Shown in pieces: positions 1 through 10,165 of a DNA stretch of 64,000 bases. The notes under the pieces are model-generated. The model searched no databases. It was not told the origin of the DNA and saw only the letters and a program-made list of their open reading frames with translations. How positions within the stretch are numbered: the first letter of the stretch is position 1; each line of letters starts with the position of its first letter. Source of the stretch: Flavobacteriales bacterium (GTDB lineage: Bacteria > Bacteroidota > Bacteroidia > Flavobacteriales > TMED113). The stretch is taken from positions 11,666 to 75,665 of the forward strand of contig PAWM01000020.1 of assembly GCA_002714185.1 (NCBI GenBank), read 5' to 3'. Both the position numbers and the translations under genes were made by a program.

Positions 1-1639
1 TTTTTATTTTTAATTCATTAGCCATTGTAGATAATCTCATGCTTTCAGTTTGTGCAATTCTTTTAACAGGAATACCTGTCATCATTGATATAACTTCAGA
101 TACATCATCTTCATCAACTGTTTGCCTATTTTGCTTTATATTTTCTTCCCATTTAATTTGTTCATCAAGTAATAAAGCTTCAGTTTCTTTTTCAGTATCT
201 CTTAACCTAGCAGCTTCTTCATATTTTTGCTTTTTAACTACTTGTTTTTTTTCTTTTTGGATAACCTGAAGATTCTCTTCTAAATTTAGTATTTTCTTAG
301 GTACATTGATATTTGTTATATGAACTCTCGATCCAGCTTCATCAAGAGCATCAATAGCTTTATCTGGTAAAAATCGATCACTTATATATCTATTAGTTAA
401 TGATACACAGGCTTTTATTGCATTGTCAGAATAAGTCACATTATGATGTTCCTCGTACCGTTCTTTAATATTATTTAATATTTGTATAGTTTCATCTGGT
501 GATGTTGGTTCAATTATCACTTTTTGAAATCTTCTCTCTAATGCACCGTCTTTTTCAATATGTTGTCTATACTCATCAAGAGTTGTTGCACCTATACATT
601 GTAAATCGCCTCTCGCTAATGCCGGTTTAAACATATTTGATGCATCAAGTGATCCTGTTGACCCACCAGCTCCCACAATTGTATGAATTTCATCTATAAA
701 GAGAATTATATCTGTATTTTTTTCAAGTTCACTCATAACGGCTTTCATTCTTTCTTCAAATTGTCCTCTATATTTAGTACCAGCTACAAGTGATGCTAAA
801 TCAAGAGCAATAACTCTTTTATTAAATAGTACTCTAGATACTTGTTTTTTAATTATTCTTGTAGCTAGACCCTCAGCAATTGCTGACTTACCAACTCCAG
901 GTTCACCAATTAATAAAGGATTATTTTTTTTTCTCCTTGAAAGTATTTGTGATACACGTTCAATTTCTTTTGTTCTCCCAATAACGGGGTCTAATTTACC
1001 GTCCTCAGCATATTCAGTTAAATCTCTACCAAAATTATCTAAAACAGGTGTATTTGATTTATTTTTTTTAGCATCAGATGTTGAACTGTATTTATAGTTT
1101 GCTTTGTGGCTTTGATAATCTTCATCATTTTCAGAAATGGAAGATTTTAAATTACTATTATCAATAGTATCACTTTTTTCTAACTCATGATCTATTTTAT
1201 CAAGTTGGTTTAAAAAAGCTTCTTTAATTCTTTCATATGTTATATTATATTTATTTAAAAATTTTGTTGTTGAATCTTCATTATTTCTAAGAATACATAA
1301 TAATAAATGAGTTGTACCAATCATACCCGAATTAAATACTCTTGCTTCTAAAAAAGTTGTTTTTAGTGCTTTTTCTGCTTCTTTTTTTAAAGGAATCTGT
1401 GTTTTTGATATATGGAGATTAGTATTTGAATTACTTATAGCAAAAGTTTCTATTTCTTTTCTTAAATCATGTATTTCTACACCTAAAGAACTTAATAAAG
1501 TTACAGCACTTGAGTTCTTTAAGCGAATTATTCCTAAAATAAAGTGTTCAGTCCCAATATAATTGTTCGATAATCTTAGAGCTTCATCTCGGCTAAAACC
1601 AATAACATCTTTTATGTTTGCAGAAAAATTTTCTTCCAT
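1..1639 (-). CDS. clpC: ClpC-type AAA+ chaperone / Clp protease ATP-binding subunit (5' part only; gene runs off the left edge)
   Basis: Absent from the ORF track because it is not stop-bounded in the window. Reverse complement from ATG at 1639 reads [38 protein letters not shown] (Clp_N repeat). Further in: Walker [18 protein letters not shown], Walker [18 protein letters not shown], and a UVR-like linker [14 protein letters not shown] typical of ClpC. Confidence 0.85.
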   Translation of the reverse strand, partial: MEENFSANIKDVIGFSRDEALRLSNNYIGTEHFILGIIRLKNSSAVTLLSSLGVEIHDLRKEIETFAISNSNTNLHISKTQIPLKKEAEKALKTTFLEARVFNSGMIGTTHLLLCILRNNEDSTTKFLNKYNITYERIKEAFLNQLDKIDHELEKSDTIDNSNLKSSISENDEDYQSHKANYKYSSTSDAKKNKSNTPVLDNFGRDLTEYAEDGKLDPVIGRTKEIERVSQILSRRKKNNPLLIGEPGVGKSAIAEGLATRIIKKQVSRVLFNKRVIALDLASLVAGTKYRGQFEERMKAVMSELEKNTDIILFIDEIHTIVGAGGSTGSLDASNMFKPALARGDLQCIGATTLDEYRQHIEKDGALERRFQKVIIEPTSPDETIQILNNIKERYEEHHNVTYSDNAIKACVSLTNRYISDRFLPDKAIDALDEAGSRVHITNINVPKKILNLEENLQVIQKEKKQVVKKQKYEEAARLRDTEKETEALLLDEQIKWEENIKQNRQTVDEDDVSEVISMMTGIPVKRIAQTESMRLSTMANELKIK

Positions 1640-1799
1640 AATTTCATAATATCTATATGATTAAGATGTAATATAATAATATTTTATTTTTTTACAATTT
1701 CGAATCATTTTTATTTTTTAAAAAAACTTTCAAAATTATATATAAAAATACCTAGAATAACATTATCTTGTATATTACTAAATAATACTAATTTACAAC

Positions 1800-4325
1800 A
1801 TGTCTGACAGAGAAAAAATTATACAAATTAACATTGAGGAAGAAATGAAATCTTCCTATATAGATTATTCAATGAGTGTTATTGTTTCAAGAGCATTACC
1901 AGATGTTCGTGATGGTTTTAAGCCGGTTCATCGTCGTGTACTGTTTGGGATGTATGAGTTAGGAGTTCGAGCAAATAGTTCGTATAAAAAATCTGCTAGA
2001 ATTGTAGGAGAGGTATTAGGTAAATATCATCCACATGGTGATACTTCAGTATATGATTCTATGGTTCGTATGGCTCAGGAGTGGTCATTAAGATACCAAT
2101 TAGTTGATGGACAAGGTAATTTTGGCTCAATTGACGGAGATAGTCCAGCCGCAATGAGATATACTGAAGCTAGATTAAGAAAAGTAAGTGAAGAAATGTT
2201 AGCTGATATTGATAAGGATACTGTTGATTTTCAGCTTAATTTTGATGATACATTAAAAGAACCTACTGTTTTACCGACTCGTATCCCAAATTTACTTATT
2301 AATGGGGCTTCTGGTATTGCTGTTGGTATGGCCACAAATATGCCACCTCACAACTTAACCGAAGTTATAGACGGAGTTTGTGCTTGCATAGATAATCCTG
2401 ATATTTTAGCTTCTGAATTAATTGAATATATTAAAGCACCAGATTTTCCTACAGGTGGCATCATATATGGTTACTCTGGGGTTCGGGATGCATTAGAAAC
2501 AGGTAGAGGTAGAGTGGTGATGCGAGCACAAGTTAATTTTGAAGAAAAAAATGGTAAAGATTTTATTATTGTATCTGAACTTCCATACCAGGTAAATAAA
2601 GCAGATATGATTTCTAAAACAGCGGATTTAGTAAATTCTAAAAAAATTGAGGGCATCTCTGATATAAGGGATGAGTCAGATAGGAATGGTATGCGTATTG
2701 TATATATTTTAAAAAGAGATGCTATTCCAAATATTGTTTTAAATCAATTGTATAAATACACTCAATTGCAAACTTCTTTTAGTGTAAATAATATTGCTTT
2801 GGTTAATGGAAGGCCAATGCTTTTAAATGTCAAGGATCTAGTTAAGTATTTTATAGAACATAGACATGATGTTGTGGTGCGGAGAGCAAAGTATGAATTA
2901 AAACAAGCTGAAAAGCGGGCTCACATTCTTGAGGGTTTATTAATCGCTTTAGATAATTTAGATGCAGTAATTAGTTTAATTAGAAGTTCAAAAAATCCAG
3001 AAGAAGCGAAAAATGGTTTAATTGCTAAGTTTGATCTTTCTGAACTTCAAAGTAAAGCTATTATTGACCTAAGATTACAAAAGTTAACTGGTTTGGAAGT
3101 TGATAAATTAAAGAGTGAGCATGAAGAATTAATGAAAACAATTTTAAATTTAAAAAATCTTTTAAATGATAAGTCTTTAAGAATGACTTTAATAAAGGAT
3201 GAAATATTAGAAATAAAAGAAAAATACGGTGATAAACGAAAAACACAAATTGATTATGCAGGTGGAGATTTAACAATTGAAGATATGATACCAGATGAAA
3301 AAGTTGTAATTACTATTTCTCATTTAGGGTATGTTAAAAGAACCCCTTTATCTGAGTATCGTATTCAAAACCGGGGTGGAGTCGGGCATCGCGGTGTAAC
3401 GACAAGAGATGATGATTTTATTGAACATATTTTTGTAGCTACAAATCATAATTACATGTTGTTTTTTACCCAAGCAGGTAAGTGCTTTTGGTTACGAGTT
3501 TATCAAATCCCTGAAGGATCTAAAACCTCAAAAGGAAGAGCTATTCAAAATTTAATTAATCTTCCCTCTGATGATAAGGTTATGGCCTATTTAAATGTTA
3601 AAGATTTAAAAAATGAAGATTACTTAAATTCACATTATGTAATTATGTGTACAAAAAAGGGGATTGTCAAAAAAACATGTCTTGAAGCTTATTCTAGACC
3701 AAGACAAAATGGAATTAATGCAATTGGAATTAGAGATGGTGATAGCTTATTAGAAGCTAGATTAACTAATGGTAATAGCGATGTAATGATTGCAGCAAAC
3801 TCTGGTAAAGCAATTAGATTCCATGAATCTAAAGTTAGAGCTATGGGTAGAGGAGCTTCCGGAGTTCGTGGTATTATGTTAGCTAATGATCATGATAAAG
3901 TTGTTGGCATGATTTGTGTTAATAATTTGGAATCTCATGTTTTAGTAGTTTCGGAAAATGGTTATGGAAAAAGATCAGATATTGAATCTTACAGAGTAAC
4001 TAACAGGGGAGGGAAAGGTGTTAAAACAATTAATATAACATCAAAAACAGGTCAGTTAATTGCTATAAAAAATGTTATTGATGAAGATGGTTTAATGATT
4101 ATTAATAAAAGTGGTGTAATGATTAGAATGAATGTTGAATCTATGCGAGTAATGGGTCGTGCAACTCAAGGTGTTAAGTTAATTAACTTAAAAGAAAACG
4201 ATCAGATTTCATCCGTCGCTAAAGTAGAAATTGATCAAGATGATAGTATGAATATAGAAGATGAAACAAATAATGTTACTCCATCAGAGATAAATGACTC
4301 TAATTCTGTTTCAAGTCAAGAATAA
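1800..4325 (+). CDS. gyrA: DNA gyrase subunit A
   Basis: 841-aa ORF. Catalytic-Tyr motif [31 protein letters not shown], repeated C-terminal beta-pinwheel blades, acidic tail. Confidence 0.97.
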   Translation: MSDREKIIQINIEEEMKSSYIDYSMSVIVSRALPDVRDGFKPVHRRVLFGMYELGVRANSSYKKSARIVGEVLGKYHPHGDTSVYDSMVRMAQEWSLRYQLVDGQGNFGSIDGDSPAAMRYTEARLRKVSEEMLADIDKDTVDFQLNFDDTLKEPTVLPTRIPNLLINGASGIAVGMATNMPPHNLTEVIDGVCACIDNPDILASELIEYIKAPDFPTGGIIYGYSGVRDALETGRGRVVMRAQVNFEEKNGKDFIIVSELPYQVNKADMISKTADLVNSKKIEGISDIRDESDRNGMRIVYILKRDAIPNIVLNQLYKYTQLQTSFSVNNIALVNGRPMLLNVKDLVKYFIEHRHDVVVRRAKYELKQAEKRAHILEGLLIALDNLDAVISLIRSSKNPEEAKNGLIAKFDLSELQSKAIIDLRLQKLTGLEVDKLKSEHEELMKTILNLKNLLNDKSLRMTLIKDEILEIKEKYGDKRKTQIDYAGGDLTIEDMIPDEKVVITISHLGYVKRTPLSEYRIQNRGGVGHRGVTTRDDDFIEHIFVATNHNYMLFFTQAGKCFWLRVYQIPEGSKTSKGRAIQNLINLPSDDKVMAYLNVKDLKNEDYLNSHYVIMCTKKGIVKKTCLEAYSRPRQNGINAIGIRDGDSLLEARLTNGNSDVMIAANSGKAIRFHESKVRAMGRGASGVRGIMLANDHDKVVGMICVNNLESHVLVVSENGYGKRSDIESYRVTNRGGKGVKTINITSKTGQLIAIKNVIDEDGLMIINKSGVMIRMNVESMRVMGRATQGVKLINLKENDQISSVAKVEIDQDDSMNIEDETNNVTPSEINDSNSVSSQE

Positions 4326-4356
4326 TAAATAGTTTTAAAATTTAAAAATATACATA

Positions 4357-5568
4357 ATGAAAAATTCATTTTACTTAATTATAGTATTGATTTTCTCCAG
4401 TCAACTTTTTTCACAAAATCAAGACTTAACCAGTGCTATAATAGCTATAGATAATAAACGTGATGTTATTACAGCTAAGCAAGCTATTGATAATGCTACT
4501 CAAAAAATTGAATCTGGCTCATTATTAAAAGCAAAAAAAATGTCAAAATACCATCATTACAGGGGTAAAATATATTTATCAATTTTTGAAAAGGCATGGT
4601 TTGATTCTATTGCTGAAGTTGATTTTAGTCATTTAGAAATTGCTGCAAATTCATTTTCTACAGATGCAATATTGAATGGATCTCACTCAAAGAAATCATT
4701 AACTCAATTAAAAAGATGTGCTAATTTTTTCCAAGAAGCTGGTTTTAAAGATTACGAAGCCAAAATTTTTGATCAATCTGAATTAAAATTTGAAAAGGCA
4801 ATCTCTATTAATATGTCTAAACCAATATCAATTATTGATACAGTAAATATGTTTAATGCATGCTTAATGGCTGTTTATGCAGAAAATTATCAAAATGCTA
4901 TTAAATGGAGCTCACAATTAGTAAACATCAATCCAAATGATGAAAAATATCATTTACAACTCATTAATGCATATAAAGAAAGTGGTAATTTAGAGAAACA
5001 ATTATCGTCCATTCAAAGTGGTAGATTGTCAATTCCGCAATCACAAGCTATTATTATTGAAGAAGTTAATTATTATTTAGGGATTGGAGATAATGAATCA
5101 TTGTTGAAAAGTTTAGATTTTGCAGTTCAAAAAGATTCTACTAATGCTGTATTACATTTTGTTTTAGGTTTAACATATAGTAATCTCAGCCAAAAAAATC
5201 AAGCAATTAATTCTTACAAAAAATCATTATTACTTGATCCTAATTCAGTAGATACTTATAATAATTTAGCTGCAATTTATATTGATGAGGCGATAGGTTA
5301 TGAGGAGGAATATAATAATTTAGCTATAAATGCTTCTCAAAAGAAATATGATCAATTATCTAAAAAGATTAAAAAAGCCCAATTAAATGCTTTACCATAT
5401 TTAGAAAAAATATTATTATTGAAGCCCGAAGACAATAATATAGTTAATAGATTGAAGCAAATATATTATCAACTAGGTGAGCAAGACAAAAGTATTTCTA
5501 TGAAAAAGTTGATAGAACTTCAAGGTTTAGATAGGGAAAATTTTGTAAAAGATTTTTTTGCAAACTAG
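4357..5568 (+). CDS. Secreted tetratricopeptide-repeat protein
   Basis: 403-aa ORF. Signal peptide MKNSFYLIIVLIFSSQLFSQ. TPR-like segments, e.g. AVLHFVLGLTYSNLSQKNQAINSYKKSLLLDPNSVDTYNNLAAIY. Confidence 0.6.
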   Translation: MKNSFYLIIVLIFSSQLFSQNQDLTSAIIAIDNKRDVITAKQAIDNATQKIESGSLLKAKKMSKYHHYRGKIYLSIFEKAWFDSIAEVDFSHLEIAANSFSTDAILNGSHSKKSLTQLKRCANFFQEAGFKDYEAKIFDQSELKFEKAISINMSKPISIIDTVNMFNACLMAVYAENYQNAIKWSSQLVNINPNDEKYHLQLINAYKESGNLEKQLSSIQSGRLSIPQSQAIIIEEVNYYLGIGDNESLLKSLDFAVQKDSTNAVLHFVLGLTYSNLSQKNQAINSYKKSLLLDPNSVDTYNNLAAIYIDEAIGYEEEYNNLAINASQKKYDQLSKKIKKAQLNALPYLEKILLLKPEDNNIVNRLKQIYYQLGEQDKSISMKKLIELQGLDRENFVKDFFAN

Positions 5569-5585
5569 TATAGATTCTATCATTA

Positions 5586-5732
5586 CTAATTGTTTATTTT
5601 TTTTAAAATTTCTTCAATTTTAGCAGACATACTATCTGCATCCATAAGTGTTTGACAGCACTCAGTATCTAGATTATTTTTTATATCTTCTACTAAATTT
5701 ACTAGTTCTTTGATTTTTTCTTCGTTAGTCAT
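5586..5732 (-). CDS. Small hypothetical protein (48 aa), below the ORF-track length cutoff
   Basis: Hand translation of the minus strand from ATG at 5732 to TAG at 5586-5588 gives MTNEEKIKELVNLVEDIKNNLDTECCQTLMDADSMSAKIEEILKKINN (147 nt, in frame). Predicted helical; no recognisable family. Only the open frame supports it. Confidence 0.25.
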   Translation of the reverse strand: MTNEEKIKELVNLVEDIKNNLDTECCQTLMDADSMSAKIEEILKKINN

Positions 5733-5959
5733 TTTATTTTTTATTGCAAATTAAATTTTATTTGTTTAAAAAATAAATAATTATTAAATTCATTATGCCC
5801 GAATTAGATTTTGTTTGTGAAATTAACACTATTATAATTCACTTTTTTGTTTGTGATAGCTAGGGCGGGTCTGGTCTATTTATTGATTGCAGAATTACCG
5901 AATTATTACAACTAAGTTACCGTTTTTTTTTGAATTTCTTTAAACTTCTTTTTCGGGCT

Positions 5960-8410
5960 TTATTTTACAAGAGTCACCTTTCCAATATATTTTTTTTCTT
6001 TTCCAGATTGTGTTATATATGATATTTTATATGAATAAACATCTTCAGTTACAATATTTCCATTATGAGTGCCATCCCAACCTTTCATGTGATTTGTAGT
6101 TGAAAATAATAATTTCCCCCATCTATCATAGATCAACATTAAATACGAATCCTCTAAAACACCTCTTATAATTGGCAGGAAATTCTCATTAATATTATCA
6201 TTATTAACAGTAAAAATATCAGGTATGTAAGCATAAGAATTTTCATAGATATTTATTATGTTACATTTTTTAGATTCACATCCATTTTCATCTTGTATAG
6301 TTAGGCAAATATTATATTGTCCCTCATTTTCATATAAATGAATCGGATTTTCCAAGTTTGATACATTACCATCTCCAAAATCCCATAACCAATTTATTAT
6401 TGGTGAATCTGATGTTGAATAATCTATAAATTCTATAGGCTCAAATATTATCGTGTCAGTACTTGACATTTCAAAGTCAGCGAAAGGGTCTTCCCATGTT
6501 TCTACTGTTATAGTTTCAGAATTCGCTTCACATCCATTAGCATCTGTAGCAGAAACATTTATTGTTCCATTCCATTGGTCAAAATTATTATATTCAAAAT
6601 ACCATTGATTTGTGTTATTCCAAATAAAATTGGTTGTTTCTCCCCAACTAGTATTTATAATACCTTCAACGGAACCTATTCCATTAATTAAATTAAAATT
6701 GATAAAAGGGTTATTAAAGCAATCCAGATTTTCTGAACCGATAAATTCGATATCCAAGGGTTCAGGTTCATTCAGTATTATTGATATAAATTGTTCACAT
6801 CCATTATTATCTAAAATGTTACATTCATATAGTCCTGATGGAAGGTTATAAATATTTTGATTATTGCTGATAAAGTTATTTGGTCCAACCCAACTGTAAA
6901 GATATGGTGGATATCCTCCAATAGGGACTAATTCAATAAATCCATCTTCTAATCCACTACATGTTATATTATAATTATTATAATTTGACACATTTTCAAT
7001 ACTTACATTTAATTCTTGAACAGTTATGTTAATTTGACTTGCACTTGATTCACATGGATCTGAAATTATCCATTCTAAAATATTTTCACCTACTGATAAA
7101 TTAGTTATCAATGTATTTGGATCTGTATCATCAAAAAACACACCAGTTCCAGAAATTATATTCCATATACCATTCTCATTTTCTCCAGGAATATTTGCAT
7201 TTAGTAATGCTTCTGTGTCGCATAATTCTTGGTCATTTCCAGCATTTGAAGCTAAATTAGATATTACATAATTTATGGCTACTTCATCAGAAATTTCACT
7301 ACATAATGTAGATGATATTGACCATTCAAATATATTAATTCCAACATTTAAATTTGTTACTAATGTATTCGGATCATTTATATCATTAAAATTACCATTA
7401 CCACTTATTATTGACCACACTCCAATTTCTTCATCACTTAAAGTATTTCCATTTAAATAAGTAAAATTTTCGCATATTTCTTGATTTATTCCCGCATTTG
7501 GTTCAGGTTCTTCATAAACAAAAATATTTACTTCACTAATTCCGATTTCTTCGCTACACTCAGCTATTACAGACCATTCAAATATATTATTTCCTTCTTC
7601 TAAATTAGTTACTAATGTATTTGGGTCATTGATATCTATAAAATTACCATTTCCACTAATTATTGACCAGCTACCTGTTTGTCCAGATTCTAAATTATTT
7701 GCATTCAGATATATTGAATTATTGCAAATTTCTATATTTGCTCCTGCATCAGAAAAAGGTGGTGAATTAACAATTGGAGTTATATTATCTGCAAGTAAAT
7801 ATGCACAAATAGCATTTTTTTCAGTTTTTACACATTGAAAAGAAATGTGTGTGTAATTAGTATTAGGGATAAATTCTACATTATAAGTCTCCCATTGCTC
7901 ATTAGTCACCGGGCCAGAACTCCATAATAATTCTTCTTCTGAACAAAAATCAAAACCCCCATAAACTCTAACTTCTCCTATTGTAGTTTGGATACCTGTG
8001 CTATTCCATGGGTCGGGTGTTAATCCATTTGCTAGATCAATTGTGAATTCATAAGGACAACCATTAGCTATCATAGGACTACTTAACTCTTGACTAAAAC
8101 CTTCTTGCCATTCATCTACACCTAGATATGGGTTTACTATATTATAATTTGGTATATGTCCAAATCCAATATAACTAACCCCTTCACTTGGAGGTAATGT
8201 AACTCCGTAACAACCTGGTTGTGTATCTGGTGTTGCAGCATCACCTACACCTGCCACAAAAGTCCCAAATGGCATACAATTATCCCATGGTGCAGGTGTT
8301 ATAAATAAACTCCCTGGTGTACCTTCTAAACCGGGATTAAGAACTGTTAGTTGTGGATAAACTATTATTGGAAATAAAATTGTTATTAATGAAATGTATA
8401 CTATTCTCAT
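5960..8410 (-). CDS. Large T9SS-secreted cell-surface protein (three tandem Ig-like repeats, SprB repeat, PKD domain, type B gliding-motility C-terminal sorting domain)
   Basis: 816-aa ORF with a signal peptide. SprB-type repeat: CSGLEDGFIELVPIGGYPPYLYSWVGPN. PKD: WLWDFGDGNVSNLENPIHLYENEGQYNICLTIQDENGC. C-terminus IPDIFTVNNDNINENFLPI...YDRWGKLLFS...GWDGTHNG...YSYKISYI...GKVTLVK matches the CHU_C / T9SS type B domain pattern. Confidence 0.8.
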   Translation of the reverse strand: MRIVYISLITILFPIIVYPQLTVLNPGLEGTPGSLFITPAPWDNCMPFGTFVAGVGDAATPDTQPGCYGVTLPPSEGVSYIGFGHIPNYNIVNPYLGVDEWQEGFSQELSSPMIANGCPYEFTIDLANGLTPDPWNSTGIQTTIGEVRVYGGFDFCSEEELLWSSGPVTNEQWETYNVEFIPNTNYTHISFQCVKTEKNAICAYLLADNITPIVNSPPFSDAGANIEICNNSIYLNANNLESGQTGSWSIISGNGNFIDINDPNTLVTNLEEGNNIFEWSVIAECSEEIGISEVNIFVYEEPEPNAGINQEICENFTYLNGNTLSDEEIGVWSIISGNGNFNDINDPNTLVTNLNVGINIFEWSISSTLCSEISDEVAINYVISNLASNAGNDQELCDTEALLNANIPGENENGIWNIISGTGVFFDDTDPNTLITNLSVGENILEWIISDPCESSASQINITVQELNVSIENVSNYNNYNITCSGLEDGFIELVPIGGYPPYLYSWVGPNNFISNNQNIYNLPSGLYECNILDNNGCEQFISIILNEPEPLDIEFIGSENLDCFNNPFINFNLINGIGSVEGIINTSWGETTNFIWNNTNQWYFEYNNFDQWNGTINVSATDANGCEANSETITVETWEDPFADFEMSSTDTIIFEPIEFIDYSTSDSPIINWLWDFGDGNVSNLENPIHLYENEGQYNICLTIQDENGCESKKCNIINIYENSYAYIPDIFTVNNDNINENFLPIIRGVLEDSYLMLIYDRWGKLLFSTTNHMKGWDGTHNGNIVTEDVYSYKISYITQSGKEKKYIGKVTLVK
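7001..7753 (-). repeat. Three tandem ~84-codon intragenic repeats in the adhesin gene
   Basis: Protein residues ~220-470. Each unit has the form (N/D)AGxNxE(I/L)C...LNAN...G(S/V/I)W(S/N)IISG(N/T)G(N/V)F.D..DPNTL(V/I)TNL..G.NI(F/L)EW. Units 1 and 2 share the identical core WSIISGNGNF.DINDPNTLVTNL (DNA ~7601-7669 and ~7349-7417). Confidence 0.7.
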
Positions 8411-8454
8411 ATAATGAGTTATTTATTGATGTAAATTTATGTTATTATAGATTA

Positions 8455-10032
8455 TTACTCATAATTAACACCTTGTTTTTGTAGTATTTCTTTAACTTTT
8501 AAAGCAAAAAAACCAATATAGATAAAACATAAAATGGTGATTATATATGAGTTGTGAATATTCCATATATCAGCTATTTTACCTTGAATTGGTGGGATTA
8601 TTGCACCTCCTAAAATCATCATAATTAAAAAAGATGATCCTTGAGAAGTATATTTATTTAGTCCTGCAATACTTAGAGAAAAAATACAAGGCCACATTAT
8701 AGAACAAAATAAACCACCGCTTAGAAATGCATAAATACTTACTAAACCTGTATTCATTAGGCCAATAATCATTGCAAGTGTTGCTAGTATACTAAAAATT
8801 AATAATGTTTTGATTGGTTTATCTTTTCCAAATAAAAAACCAATGATTTGCACAAAAACACATATTGAAAATAATTTTAATGATTCAATATCAGACCCTC
8901 TAAGATTAATAAAGAAAAGAACAATTAAAAATGCTAGATAGGGAACTAATATATATAGAATATTTTTTATTAATTTTGAAGGGTTAAATATAGTTATTGC
9001 TCCAAGCCATCTACCAATCATTAAACTCCCCCAATACATAGCTATAAAATGTGAGTTATTGGATTCACTAATAGCTCCAAATTCAGGTGTTTTTAATAAG
9101 GCACCTAAATTACTTTGTATTGTTACTTCTACACCAACATAGCAAAATATTGCAATCATACCTAGAATTAACTGAGGGTATTTCATAGCTCCCCATTCTT
9201 GTGATTTTTTATTCTTAATAAATAAAGGTCTTGAGAGAGTTAATATAATTAATAGTAGGAGAATAAATAAGGTTAACGTACTTAATATATCACTTTGTTG
9301 GACATTGTTAATTAAACTAATAGATGATATTAAAATAATAATAATAGTTAATTTCGTTAATAATTTACTTGCTTTAGGAGATGATGAAACAATACTATGG
9401 TTTTGAGTATTGGGTAAGTTTTTAGATTTTTTTAAAAAATAAGCTAATAGTAGAAATAATAAAGCAACAAATAGATATAAGATGTTCATATTCTTAATAT
9501 CGGCAGTTGTGTTCATAATTCCTCCAAATAATATTATACTTAAAACTATAGGTCCAATTGTTGTGCCAAGAGAATTAATACCTCCAGCTAAATTTAATCT
9601 ATGAGAACCTGTTTCTGGCGGACCAAGTGAAATAGTAAATGGATTAGCTGAAGTTTGTTGTAAGCAGAATCCGATAGCTAAGATAAATAGAGAGATTAAA
9701 ATAAAACTAAAGGATCCAGTATATATAGCAGGAATCATTAATATAGCACCTATTGCTGAAATAATTAAACCAAAAATAATTGATTTTTTATATCCCCACG
9801 AATTAATTAAATCTATTCTCTTTCTAGAAGAATATAAATAAATGAATAGTGCTCCAAAGTAATATGCACCATAGAATGCACTATCAATTAATTGTGATTG
9901 AAATTGACTTAGTTTAAAAAAATCTTTACAAAAAGGTATAAAAACTCCATTAGAAGCAGCAATAAAACCCCAAAAAAAGAACACTGTTATAAGAGTTATT
10001 AATGCTGAAAAATTATTTGTTTTTTGTGTCAT
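8455..10032 (-). CDS. MFS sugar transporter, FucP/GluP (fucose or glucose/galactose:H+ symporter) family, with enlarged central loop
   Basis: 525-aa polytopic ORF. The N-terminus ([46 protein letters not shown]) and the TM7 region ([23 protein letters not shown]) resemble the FucP/GluP family. Confidence 0.65.
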   Translation of the reverse strand: MTQKTNNFSALITLITVFFFWGFIAASNGVFIPFCKDFFKLSQFQSQLIDSAFYGAYYFGALFIYLYSSRKRIDLINSWGYKKSIIFGLIISAIGAILMIPAIYTGSFSFILISLFILAIGFCLQQTSANPFTISLGPPETGSHRLNLAGGINSLGTTIGPIVLSIILFGGIMNTTADIKNMNILYLFVALLFLLLAYFLKKSKNLPNTQNHSIVSSSPKASKLLTKLTIIIILISSISLINNVQQSDILSTLTLFILLLLIILTLSRPLFIKNKKSQEWGAMKYPQLILGMIAIFCYVGVEVTIQSNLGALLKTPEFGAISESNNSHFIAMYWGSLMIGRWLGAITIFNPSKLIKNILYILVPYLAFLIVLFFINLRGSDIESLKLFSICVFVQIIGFLFGKDKPIKTLLIFSILATLAMIIGLMNTGLVSIYAFLSGGLFCSIMWPCIFSLSIAGLNKYTSQGSSFLIMMILGGAIIPPIQGKIADIWNIHNSYIITILCFIYIGFFALKVKEILQKQGVNYE

Positions 10033-10165
10033 ACGAAAATAATTAAAATCAATTTATTAAATTTAGACATAACATTAATTATAAATTGAATTGATATATT
10101 TATTAAAAATAGTTTATTAATTAATTTATAACTATTTTTTTCTATTAATATAAAATCCTATAAAT

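Noticed and set aside
39-269. 76-aa plus-strand ORF at the left edge
   Set aside because: It lies antisense within the clearly coding clpC reading frame (minus strand, UVR-linker region). It is low-complexity and Ser/Phe/Cys-rich. Shadow ORF.
5816-5842. CRP-like TGTGA ... TCAC half-sites
   Set aside because: The spacing is 18 nt rather than the 6 nt of CRP/FNR sites, and the right half-site is incomplete. Retained only as part of the hairpin noted in the intergenic-island finding.
5859-5931. Possible tRNA or other standard RNA gene in the GC-rich patch
   Set aside because: No GTTCGAAT-type T-loop, no acceptor-stem pairing and no cloverleaf could be drawn. No SRP, 6S or tmRNA signature that I recognise.
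6612-7838. Three plus-strand ORFs (6612-6851, 7275-7460, 7629-7838) inside the adhesin gene
   Set aside because: They are antisense to a well-supported 816-aa domain protein. Two of them simply mirror the intragenic repeats.
8352-8360. Perfect DnaA box TGTGGATAA
   Set aside because: A single isolated 9-mer inside the signal-peptide codons of the adhesin gene, 44 kb from dnaA. One or two chance matches are expected in 64 kb read on both strands.
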